NCBI GenBank assembly: GCA_963555755.3
Contig: OY820905.2
Coordinates: 3,777,196-3,841,195, forward strand
DNA: 64,000 bases
Direction of reading: 5' to 3'
Source of the DNA: Nitrospirales bacterium
Lineage (GTDB): Bacteria; Nitrospirota; Nitrospiria; Nitrospirales; UBA8639
Part shown: positions 1 to 9,123 of the stretch, piece after piece
Numbering within the stretch: position 1 is the stretch's first letter
Layout of the letters: the number at the start of each line of letters is the position of its first letter
Made by a program: the position numbers and the translations under genes
Notes under the pieces: generated by a model
What the model was told of the DNA's origin: nothing
What the model saw: only the letters and a program-made list of their open reading frames with translations
Databases searched by the model: none

Positions 1-15
1 CAGGTAACAATCGCA

Positions 16-939
16 ATGGTGATGATCATCGGCCTCACCTTCTTTGCTTCCGAAGGCTTTGGCTTTTTCGATCAAATTTTTAAGCCGGAGCCCAAGAAGC
101 AGAAAAGTCAAGAAGGTCAGGCCCAAGGAGGGCAACAAGAACAGCCTGGCTTGCTCGATGCCTTAGGAGCGTTTGGGGTCAAAAAGAAAGATATTGACCT
201 TTTAAAGAAGGGCGTAGGCGTTGTCCAAGCGCTTCAACCCATTGGCGAAGAAGAAGAAATTACGTTGGGCCAAGCCGTGGCCGTCGAAGCGTTTAGCCGA
301 TTTGGAGGGGAATATCGTGATGAACGTCTCACGCGTTACGTGAATCTGGTTGGGAAAACCATTGCGGATGTCTCGGATCGACCGAATCTCAATTTTCACT
401 TCGCCATCTTGAATACCCAAGAACAAAATGCCTTCGCCGCTCCCGGCGGCTATATCTTTGTGACCATTGGCCTATTGAAAACCTTAAAGAATGAAGCCGA
501 GTTGGCAGGAGTCTTGGCGCATGAAGTCGCGCACATCACCCAAAAACACATCCTCGAAACCATTCGACGAGGCGCGCTCTTATCCAATGTCTCGGAATTG
601 ACCTTGTCTGCGATGAACAAAGACCCAAAGATGTTTTCCAACGTCATTGACGAAATCACCGACAAACTCTTCACCAAAGGCATGGACAAAGACAAAGAGT
701 TTGAGGCGGATGTCTATGGTGTCGAGTTTGCTTATCGTGCAGGCTATCATCCCAGCGGCCTGCGGGATTACTTGAAAACGCTCAAGAGCCAAGAAGGTCA
801 TGCCCAATCCCGTTTCTTTACCACGCACCCTTCAACCAGCACTCGGATTAGCAAAATCGAAGGGCTGTTGGGGCAATATGCCGATGGCATGAAGTTCCCA
901 GTTTTGACTAAGCGGTTTCAGAGTTATCTGGGGGCGTGA
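16..939 (+). CDS. M48 family metalloprotease (BepA/YfgC-like); may start upstream of the window
   Basis: NAFAAPGG, HEVAH zinc motif, EFEAD and THP motifs; frame is open from base 1. Confidence 0.9.
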   Translation: MVMIIGLTFFASEGFGFFDQIFKPEPKKQKSQEGQAQGGQQEQPGLLDALGAFGVKKKDIDLLKKGVGVVQALQPIGEEEEITLGQAVAVEAFSRFGGEYRDERLTRYVNLVGKTIADVSDRPNLNFHFAILNTQEQNAFAAPGGYIFVTIGLLKTLKNEAELAGVLAHEVAHITQKHILETIRRGALLSNVSELTLSAMNKDPKMFSNVIDEITDKLFTKGMDKDKEFEADVYGVEFAYRAGYHPSGLRDYLKTLKSQEGHAQSRFFTTHPSTSTRISKIEGLLGQYADGMKFPVLTKRFQSYLGA

Positions 940-1041
940 GTTAGTGATGAAGCGATCAGTTTTTTTGAAAAAACATTTTGAATGTTAGGTTGGGAAACAC
1001 CTACCCTGCATTTTTTGGAATTGAGAATTTAGTGATCAGGA

Positions 1042-1446
1042 ATGCCTACGGTCCTCCGAGATGGTCCCTACCGGTTCTTCTTCTATGCGGGAGATCGTTA
1101 CGAACCACCTCATATCCATGTTGAAAGAGAAAGTTGGATTGCAAAAATATGGATTGATCCAGTTCGGCTTCAACGTTCTGGAGGCTTTACAAGAATCGAA
1201 CTCAAGCGTATTCTAAGAGTTGTTGAACCTAGAAACGGCAGTTGGGCACAAAAAAGACGTGTAAGATATTGGTGTGCATGGTGAAATAAAAAAAGTCGTG
1301 GTCACCTTTGTGGTGATGAGACATTTTTTTATTTTGCCAGGTGCGCCAAGAGCTTGCGCGGACTTTTGTGATCCAACTGCTGTTTCTAGGTTGAACAACA
1401 CCAAGAACAATTAATGAAGAGTTGGCATGAGTACTTCAAAGATTGA
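1042..1446 (+). pseudogene. DUF4160-domain protein interrupted by a MITE
   Basis: MPTVLRDGPYRFFFYAGDRYEPPHIHV N-terminus. Removing 1228-1390 plus one TTGAA restores ...RVVE-QHQEQLMKSWHEYFKD* (78 aa). Confidence 0.85.
1228..1390. mobile_element. 163-bp MITE with CCTAGAAAC termini and TTGAA direct repeats
   Basis: TIR CCTAGAAACGGCAGTTGG/CCAACTGCTGTTTCTAGG; TTGAA at 1223-1227 and 1391-1395. Confidence 0.9.
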
Positions 1447-1744
1447 AGCTTCCGAGCTTAAAGCCCAACAGGTTGTGGTGTCTGATGAGGCCTTAACAGT
1501 TGATCTCATCGATGGCAGAACATTATCTGTGCCTCTAGGCTGGTACCCTCGCTTGACTCATGCGTCACCACAGGAACGTGATAATTGGCGGTTCATTGGT
1601 GGGGGCGAGGGAATTCATTGGCCAGACCTGGATGAAGATATTAGCATTGAGAATCTGTGGTCTGGCAAACCTTCCGGCGAGAGTCAAGAATCGTTCAAAC
1701 ACTGGCTGAGCACTCGCCAATCTTCCAGCAAGTCGCCATCTTAG
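1427..1744 (+). CDS. DUF2442-domain protein (partner of DUF4160, TA-like pair)
   Basis: LTVDLIDGRTLSVPLGWYPRL...GIHWPDLDEDIS signature. Confidence 0.9.
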   Translation: MSTSKIEASELKAQQVVVSDEALTVDLIDGRTLSVPLGWYPRLTHASPQERDNWRFIGGGEGIHWPDLDEDISIENLWSGKPSGESQESFKHWLSTRQSSSKSPS

Positions 1745-1860
1745 TTTTCCAGTGCACGCCAAAGGGGGCCGATTCGGGACTGCGGCTCCGCCGCACCCAA
1801 CGCAAAAGAAATGTTCTATTAGGTATCGAATGAAATAGCTGTGTCGGGCAATGTCCATAT

Positions 1861-2967
1861 TGTCATTCCCGACATTTTTAATCGGGAATCCAGGTTTGTT
1901 TTTCTTTGCTATAGGTAGGTTGGAGGAATGGGTTTCTCTGCGGAATTATTAGATGCCGGGTTTCGCCACGGCGCGACGAGGCACTTTTGTTTCGGCAAAC
2001 GTGCCCAACACCAGTGTGCCGCGCATGTTCAACAGCTTGAGGGTGCAAGTCCCTTTGACAACCTGATGGAGGTGAAGTCATAGCGAAGCGCAAGGGCGTC
2101 GTCGTGAGGCGGGGTCTGAAGGAAGCGTAGAGCAACGGCGCGGGCCGATGAACAAGAACCAGATACGAGGCAGTCAGTGTCGGACGAGTGAGCTGGTTTT
2201 CACGAAGTCCATATCCATCAAGGGCATTGGGTGTAAATCTGGCGGTCGTGCGCTGAAGGCGGTTGAGCTTACCTCGGGAGACCTCTCGTCTGTCTTGGCA
2301 CCAAGACTGAGGATGGAGTGATCCATCTTGACCGGGTGAGAGGAGTCAGCAGAGGGCATAGTAGTCCCGGCAGGGACGAAGGCCTGAACGGTCCTGCGCA
2401 AGCAGGGTAAGAGGAGAGGCGAGGAGGCAGCGGCACTCATGAGCGACAAGCGGCTGAATAACCAGTTAACCCTGGCCTTCCCGACAGAGGATAGGGGTGA
2501 AGCCCTAAGGGCTGTCGAGGGAAGTGTCGAATCGCTTGCGGCGAACCGCCCAGTCGAACGCCCGGGTATGGGTGAGCAGTTGAGAGAAGTCTGTACTGGT
2601 GGCCAATCGCTTAACCCACCGAACCGCCGTATACGGACCCGTACGTACAGTGGTGTGACAGGGAAAGCGGGCGACCGCCTACCTATGTCGATTTTCCGCC
2701 CGTGCGCGGCCTTAAAGAGAATGATCAAAACGTTCGTCAGCAAGGCCGCAGGCGCTTTGGCGCGCGCAGCGTACGCGTTAGTACGTGAGCACGGCAAAGG
2801 GCCGAGAACGCCGCTGACGGACGTTTTGGTCATTCTCTTCCGGGTCCCTCCGCCTCCGCCCCGAATAAGAAGGCTCAGGAACTCGCGGAGTCTATCCTGA
2901 GTCTTGTCGAAGGACTCAAACAGCCCTCGCCGAAAAGTCGATTCGGGGCTGCGGCTCCGCCGCATCC
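1861..2967 (-). repeat. Long structured dispersed repeat (family B), copy carrying a nested intron and a nested ERIC-like element
   Basis: Near-identical to 3073-3360 once inserts 2014-2692 and about 2716-2828 are removed; includes an ATTCCC..GGGAAT palindrome. Confidence 0.8.
2014..2692 (+). mobile_element. ORF-less group II intron, class IIC-like, with internal deletion of the RT gene
   Basis: 5' GTGTG. Domain V GAACCGCCGTATACGGACCCGTACGTACAGTGGTGTG with CGC triad. Domain VI ends ..GTCGAT. IEP N-terminal remnant from 2439 is fused to the C-terminal NRRIRTRTY. Confidence 0.9.
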
Positions 2968-3072
2968 GAAGGCGAGAAGACATTCAAGAAACAAACCAAG
3001 TTTTCAAACTGAGGCGTGGGGATAGCAAATCTCATCAAAACTCAATACTCATGCCTAACACCAAATCCATAT

Positions 3073-3360
3073 CGTCATTCCCGACATTTTTAATCGGGAA
3101 TCCAGGTTGGTTGTTTCTTTGCCAAAGGTAGGTTGGAGGAATTGGTCTCTCTGCGGAATTATTAGATGCCGGGTTTCGCCCCGGCGCGACGAGGCACTTT
3201 TGTTTCGGCAAAAGTGCCCAAAACCAATGTCGAATGTTCGCCCGTGTGCGGCCCTGCGGGTCCCTCCGCCTCCGCCCCGAATAAGATGGCGAGGGAAACT
3301 CGCCCTGCTCAAACAGCCCTCGCCGAGAGGTCGATTCGGGGGTGCGGCTCCGCCGCACCC
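3073..3360 (-). repeat. Family B dispersed repeat
   Basis: GGGTGCGGCGGAGCC...CTTTTGCCGAAACAAAAG...GGGGCGAAACCC consensus on the minus strand. Confidence 0.85.
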
Positions 3361-3442
3361 GAAAGCGGGATGACACTTAAGAAACCAAAAAAATCATTCT
3401 CCTCCATTTTTCTGCTTTGCCTTATCGCATCAAATCGTGTTC

Positions 3443-3703
3443 TTATTTATGAGCTTCGTAGTAGGAGCGAAGCACTGCATTCATGCGGGTCTGATACCCA
3501 CGTCCCTGGGCTTTGAACCATTGTAAAATATCAGCGTCAAACCGAATGGTGGTCGCTTCTTTAGGACGATCAGGATAGACTACTTTCGCGTGCTTCCAAA
3601 AATCATCCGGCAATGGCGGCCCCGGCGGTGCGTCTTTCCGCGTTTTGCCCTTCTTCGTCATCGCCTCTTCAAGGGTGATGGTGGTGATATTTTTCTTCTT
3701 CAT
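3443..3703 (-). CDS. brnA: BrnA family antitoxin
   Basis: TTIRFDADILQWFKAQGRGYQTRMNAVLR motif. Confidence 0.9.
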   Translation of the reverse strand: MKKKNITTITLEEAMTKKGKTRKDAPPGPPLPDDFWKHAKVVYPDRPKEATTIRFDADILQWFKAQGRGYQTRMNAVLRSYYEAHK

Positions 3704-3941
3704 CTCGTCCTGCCTTCCACGCTGAAATTATCCGGCGCTTCTCCCCGCGCCAAGTCCATACCACAACAAAATACTCTTCCTTATCAAAGCCAATGGATAT
3801 CGTCCGGCTTTCACCGTAATCTTGTCTGGTATCCACCCATTCCAACACCGGATTGGAAAAAATCCGCACCACATCCAGAAAATCTATACCATGCTTTTCA
3901 AAGTTGCTTTGCTGTTTGTCATTATCCCATTCAAAGGTCAC
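3669..3941 (-). CDS. brnT: BrnT family toxin
   Basis: FEWDNDK...NFEKHGIDF...RRIISAWKA; overlaps the antitoxin. Confidence 0.9.
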   Translation of the reverse strand: MTFEWDNDKQQSNFEKHGIDFLDVVRIFSNPVLEWVDTRQDYGESRTISIGFDKEEYFVVVWTWRGEKRRIISAWKAGRDEEEKYHHHHP

Positions 3942-4078
3942 AATTTAAATATACTAACAATTGTACATATAAACAAGAAGTTTGCCCAGAACTTCTTTGT
4001 CCGAGGTAAGTCGCTTGAGTAGCGGAACGCTACCATTCTTAATTATTTGTCATGTCAGTCTTTGCACTTTACTCCGCT

Positions 4079-4335
4079 GGGCGCGGCGGAGCCTCTGTCC
4101 CGAATCGACCCCTTCAGGGAGGGCCGTTTGAGTCCTTCGACAAGGCTCAGGATAGACTCCGTGAGTTCCTGAGCCATCTTGACCTGTCCTGAGTCATGTC
4201 GAAGGATTCGGGACGGAGGCGGAGGACCCGTAGGCCTGTCCTGAGCTGAGTCGAAGGAGCTGCGCACCGGCAGAAATGGTTTTGGTCCCTTTTGCCGAAA
4301 CAAAAGGGACTCGTCGTGCCGGGGCGAAACCCGGC
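4079..4335 (+). repeat. Family B dispersed repeat with nested CTTCGACAAGGCTCAGG palindromes
   Basis: Family consensus, in inverted orientation relative to 3073-3360. Confidence 0.85.
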
Positions 4336-4607
4336 TATAAAGAAATCACTACAAAAAACCCTGAACTCACGAGCCCCAAGCGATACCATTTTTCCTTGTG
4401 AATCAGAATGGCAAGTGCTTGTTGTGTGAAGGAGTCCATGGTGTGATTCGGCGGGTTATATCCGACACAGGTTTAAGTATAAGTTTTAGTCAGCGAAGGG
4501 GGTGTACGATAAAAAACGGAATGCTGGCTTGATGTCGTTATTTCTAGAAGGACAGGCACGAAGGGTAGAAGGTTTGTATCCCCCCTACCCTTCGCCATCA
4601 AAGTTGG

Positions 4608-6818
4608 TTATTGATACAGCTTCGTACTTTCTTCTTCCAGCACTGGGCTCGTGAGTTGATCCGCATTCATCTCAACTCGGAACCGTAAGTCACCAGGCTG
4701 AACCCCTTTTACCGTGATGGTAAATGTCAGACTGTCTTTCGGCTTCAGAATGGGAACCGGGTCAAAATCAACCATTTTCCCAACGAGCACGAGCCTGGCC
4801 GTCGAACCCGTGGAGGAGACATATTCCATGCCGTCCGGGATTGTGGCTGATATTTTGATGTTGGTGGCATTGGCCGTTCCCTGGTTCGTCACGACAATGG
4901 AAAAGGTTGTCTGGGTTCCGATTTCCACGGGATCCGGGTTGTCCATGACTTCAAGGAGCAAGGCAGCTATGCCTTTTACGGTGGTGCAGGCTTCGGCACG
5001 GTCTTGCAGGCCTCGTGCTGTTTGGACAGTGGCGATATTGCACTGCTGACCTTGGGAAACAGCCCGGCCTGTCACGCGCAATGTTTTCGATTCTCCTGGT
5101 GCAATTGTGCCAAGATTCCACGAGACGTCGTTCGTTTTGGGTGTGTGATTGCCAGGAGGATTCGCGCTTTCAAACGTGAAGCCACTAGGAAGCGTATCTT
5201 GAACGATCACCCCAGTGGTTGGAGCACTTCCCGGGTTACTGATTTCAATCGTATAGGTTGCGGTCGTTCCCAGGAATCGATTGTTCGGGCCAGTTTTCTT
5301 TATGGCAATACCGGGTTTCTCTATTACCAGATCACAGCTCGTTTGTTCACGTAAATTTCTTCCGCCGGTGACCCGGGCCACGTTGGTCACATTGCCAGGT
5401 TGGTTGGCCGTGAAGGTAAAGACTTCGGTGGCGGTGGATCCTGCCGGCAAGACGCCAACTTGCCGCGTCACCTCCGGCTGTCCGGAGACATGACTCATGC
5501 CGCTCGGGACAATATCGGTAATCTGAACATTCCTGGCTTCTCCGGTACCGGTGTTCGCAACGGTGACAGAGAATTCTGACGTATCTCCCACAATGACGGT
5601 TGAGGGACATGTTTGTGAAAGAGACAGAACCGGTTCGCCGACTGCCACGGAACACATTGATTGACTGCGCACCCCGTCATTGGCTTGAACGAGGACTTCG
5701 TTCACCGGCGTGCCGCTGGTTTTTGCTTTCATGCGAATAATGACTTGCCTGCTGGTTTGGGCTGGCAAATCGGTCAAATTCCAGATTAAAGTATTTCCGG
5801 ACATCTGAGCTTGTGGATTCGCACCAATGAATTCCATCCCGTCAGGAATAGTGTTGCGCAGGATCACATTGCTGGCATCCACTTGCGAGGAATTGGTGAT
5901 CGTGATCGGGAATTCGACGACATCGCCCACTACCAGGGCTGATGGACATTGTTGGTCTAAGGTGAGGGATGGAGCCATCCAAGTGGTGGATGTAACGCCT
6001 TTGGCAATGACTCCACTGACCGCCGGGCAACACGCGCGGTCGGATTCTTCCGGTTTGACTACGTTGATATGAACCGCATTGCCACCCGGTCCTGGGGTTT
6101 GTTGGGACAACGTGACTTGGGCTACCCCATTTTCATCGGTTTCGGTTATGGCTTCAGCTTGCCCACTTTCCTCAAAAAAAGCTTCAGGTCCGGACGTGAC
6201 ATTCCATTCCACTTGGTAGCCGACAAGAGGCGCACCGGTTGAGGCTTTTCTCACTGAAGTGGTCAATGTTCGAGACGTTCCCACTTTCTGTGTGCCATCA
6301 GCAGGGAATTCCCATTGCGCATCTAACCAGTGCATGACCGCAAAGGCTTTATGATCGCTTTTGTCCTTAATGTCCGGGACGACCGCGATGAGATGTGTGG
6401 TGCCTTCTTGAACAGAGGTCAAGGTTACGGTGGATTCCCCTCGGCGATTGGCTCCACCGATGGCGTAGGTGTTGTCGATCTTCAATGCCCGCTTCAAGGG
6501 ATCTTGTCCGACTTCGATAATATCCCCGACAGCACCGTTGGCCCGTGCGAGAATCCATTCTACCACGGCGCTATAGACGCGTTTCCCTTTGGCATCTTTG
6601 ACCACCGCGGTGAACGTTTGTTGGGTGTTGATAGGGCTGGTGTGTTGAGCAGGTTCGATGGTCACGGTGGCCGGAGGAGAGGTAGGATCAGACAAGGGTC
6701 TGCCATATTTGGTCACATGCTCACTGTACTGAATTCAGTTACAGCCTTGAGCCACGACCACGACAACAACGAGCCAATTCCGTAAAATGCGAGTTTCTAG
6801 CCAGCGATCCCGATTCAT
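4608..6818 (-). CDS. OmcB-like cysteine-containing DUF11-repeat lipoprotein with in-frame TGA at codon 28 (pseudogene or read-through)
   Basis: RBS GGAGGA and ATG at 6818; signal peptide LVVVVVVAQG-C; TGA at 6735-6737 in frame with the 702-aa ORF; repeated Ig-like DUF11 units (ITITN...VILRNTIPDG, TYTIEISNPG...VQDTLP) with paired Cys. Confidence 0.75.
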
Positions 6819-6849
6819 AATGTCCTCCTGCAAAACACGTGATCGTTAA

Positions 6850-7028
6850 GGACCTGAGAGAAAATAACTTGGACACTATCGCGCCAAGTTTTGGGTTGGA
6901 TTTGGACGGAACGATTGAGAAAACCCCGAGGCATAGCACAGCTATGTCGAGGGTTTTTCGATTGAGGCCCGTTCAAAGATGGCCCGAAGATAGGATGCGA
7001 GATGTCCAAGTTATTTTCTCTCAGGTCC
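6850..7028. mobile_element. 179-bp MITE with 26-bp TIRs and TAA direct repeats
   Basis: GGACCTGAGAGAAAATAACTTGGACA at both ends; TAA at 6847-6849 and 7029-7031; a solo right end occurs at about 24003-24027. Confidence 0.85.
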
Positions 7029-7273
7029 TAAGGGGGATGAACGCTTTATTTCTCGACAAAAGCAGTGGATGACAATATCCGGCTTGTAGGGAATAAAAGC
7101 AAGACCAAATCATACCCGAGAGTAGCATGTCCATAGAGACGAGAATCTTTGTTCTCATAAATTCCTGGATTTCGATTTCCCCATGCCAAACTCGTTGGAT
7201 TCTTGTGGATTTTGCAGAACCTACCAAGAGTGCGTAGAAGGGTGCAAAGATACTCAGAACCTCACTTCCATGA

Positions 7274-7289
7274 TGTGACATACGTCACT
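7274..7289. promoter_or_regulatory. Possible CRP/FNR-family site
   Basis: TGTGA-CATACG-TCACT, one mismatch to TGTGA-N6-TCACA, between divergent genes. Confidence 0.35.
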
Positions 7290-7528
7290 CTTGATATTTG
7301 CAAAATGTGATGGGGTGCGGTTCAATATAGAAACAGATGCAGGCTGCGTGAACCCTAAAAACGGCAGAAACATGCCCACTCTCCCGTTCATGCTTCGACC
7401 CTTCGAACGAGCTCAGGATTTAGTATAACCGGGGTGCTGAGCCCATCATCTGTTGAGTGAGAGGCCGTTCGCCTTGAGCGCCGCAGCAGTCGAAGGGTTC
7501 CGAGTTTTCCAACGGCCGTTACGCGAAG

Positions 7529-7742
7529 GGGTCTGTTGAATATTTCAGGTCCATGACCCATAGATGCTCCAGGTAAGCCTGCTCGCATCAGTGGGAGGGA
7601 ATGTTCAAAAAAGCATGCCCTGAGTCTTTCCGAAGGGTCTATCCAGCAAGGCCGCAGCCCTTTTGACGCGCGGAGCGTACTCTCAGTACGTGAGCACGGC
7701 AAAAGGGCGAGAACGTCGCTGGCGGCTTTTTTCAACATTCCC
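7529..7742 (+). mobile_element. MITE family G-A (ERIC-like core), 5-bp TSD CGAAG
   Basis: Ends GGGTCTGTTGAA/TTCAACATTCCC; CGAAG at 7524-7528 and 7743-7747. Confidence 0.9.
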
Positions 7743-7771
7743 CGAAGAGAAAAAATAACTGGGAGCGTGCG

Positions 7772-8377
7772 ATGCTAATGCGGTTACGACATTCAAGGCG
7801 AATCAAGGGTTTGCTCTGGGCCGTGATTCTGGTCGCGGGCATGATGGCGCTGAGTGTACTGGTGGCCACGGCTGGTGAAGAGCAAAAGCCTCAACTTATA
7901 ACGATCCTCCTGACAGCGCTCGATATCCCGGAAGCGGTTGCTACGGTGTCCGTGCTCGAAGATCCGGATTCCCCGGTGGCCTCACTTATGGGGATCTGTG
8001 ACTCAGAGTTTGTCAAAAAACTACAGGTCGAGGGCGAAGATATTCAGGGAGCCATTCAAAAATTATGCGGCATGATGAAGGGGTTGGCCAAGGAAATCAC
8101 GCCGTTGCCCAAGGGGGTCACCTCGAATTCCTATTTTCTAAGTGTTCCCTTGAAGCAACCGCAAGGTCACATTCGCGCGATTACGTGGAAAGCGGAGTCG
8201 TTAGATGATGCACTGACTTTTGTGGAGTTGCTGAAAAATGGCCATTTGAAAGCCGTTAAAGTATTGTCCTCAATTCCCTGGTCTTCCAATCCCACCCAAC
8301 CCTGTGCAGAATGTCCGGTCAAAAACCTCGTCTTTCGGGTTGACGCGATAAAAGACAAGCGTCATCTCTTGAAGTAG
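7772..8377 (+). CDS. Exported hypothetical protein with a CxxC motif
   Basis: 201-aa ORF, hydrophobic N-terminus, PCAECP motif. Confidence 0.65.
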   Translation: MLMRLRHSRRIKGLLWAVILVAGMMALSVLVATAGEEQKPQLITILLTALDIPEAVATVSVLEDPDSPVASLMGICDSEFVKKLQVEGEDIQGAIQKLCGMMKGLAKEITPLPKGVTSNSYFLSVPLKQPQGHIRAITWKAESLDDALTFVELLKNGHLKAVKVLSSIPWSSNPTQPCAECPVKNLVFRVDAIKDKRHLLK

Positions 8378-8424
8378 ATGATACGGCTACAAACACGCAT
8401 CACGCCTGATGGGCTCACGTCTGC

Positions 8425-8622
8425 TTAATCGGCCTCGGGTTCAGAGCTGCCGTGTTTGTGGGTGACCTTATCCTCATCGAAGAGTTCCGCCATTTCCGCG
8501 GCAATCATGTCATCGTCGTGAGGAATAGACACCAGAGGGATTTCTTTTTTGGCCTTCGGCTTGTTCGCGGCTTCCGGATTTTCTGAAGGATCTGTTTCTG
8601 GTTGAGTGGGAGGATTGTCCAT
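8425..8622 (-). CDS. Small acidic hypothetical protein
   Basis: 65-aa ORF co-oriented behind 8651-9010. Confidence 0.5.
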   Translation of the reverse strand: MDNPPTQPETDPSENPEAANKPKAKKEIPLVSIPHDDDMIAAEMAELFDEDKVTHKHGSSEPEAD

Positions 8623-8650
8623 AGAAAGGTTCCAATCTAGTTGGTGGCGC

Positions 8651-9010
8651 CTACTCGAAAGATTCGAGTGACGATTGTTCAGGAAATTGATGCTGGCACG
8701 ACTGGCAGGTGAGAAAATAAATGGATTCGCGTACCGACATGATAATCCGAAAATTTAAGCTGTGATCCCTTTTCATGCAATTGGGGCAGGCGATTTCCCG
8801 CAATCGATACTTCACATCCGGTTGCGTTTGCAAATAAAATTCCATATCCGTATACACCGGAAATATGTAGTGGCAATCTATGCAGATCCCTTTCCAGTCC
8901 CCGTCTTCTTTCACGCTGCGACTATCAATTCCAAACCGGCTTTTCTTGCAAATAGCACATTTGGCCTGAGTTAAACGTGCTTCCACTTCTTTGACAGCTA
9001 TACTCGACAT
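8651..9010 (-). CDS. Hypothetical protein with four CxxC motifs (double zinc-ribbon-like)
   Basis: CAIC, CIDC, CPNC, CQSC; RBS GGAG upstream. Confidence 0.8.
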   Translation of the reverse strand: MSSIAVKEVEARLTQAKCAICKKSRFGIDSRSVKEDGDWKGICIDCHYIFPVYTDMEFYLQTQPDVKYRLREIACPNCMKRDHSLNFRIIMSVRESIYFLTCQSCQHQFPEQSSLESFE

Positions 9011-9123
9011 GCATTAACTCCTTTGAGAACACCCAACTATTCAGTATAGAAGCTTAACCGGATGGGCTGCAACTTGTTGTGGTGCCCCCCCCGTCTAATA
9101 ATCGAAAAAGTGGTTGATTGGCC

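Noticed and set aside
2439-2900. 153-aa ORF as an intron-encoded reverse transcriptase
   Set aside because: No RT motifs (no YADD). It is an N-terminal stub fused to intron domain V and flanking repeat sequence.
1764-4335. Integron cassette array (TA genes, IIC intron and repeats read as attC sites)
   Set aside because: No RYYYAAC/GTTRRRY core sites were recognised in the repeats, orientations are mixed, and there is no integron integrase in the window.
6690-6738. SECIS element downstream of the in-frame UGA (minus strand)
   Set aside because: Only a weak hairpin is possible by eye, which is not enough to call selenocysteine.
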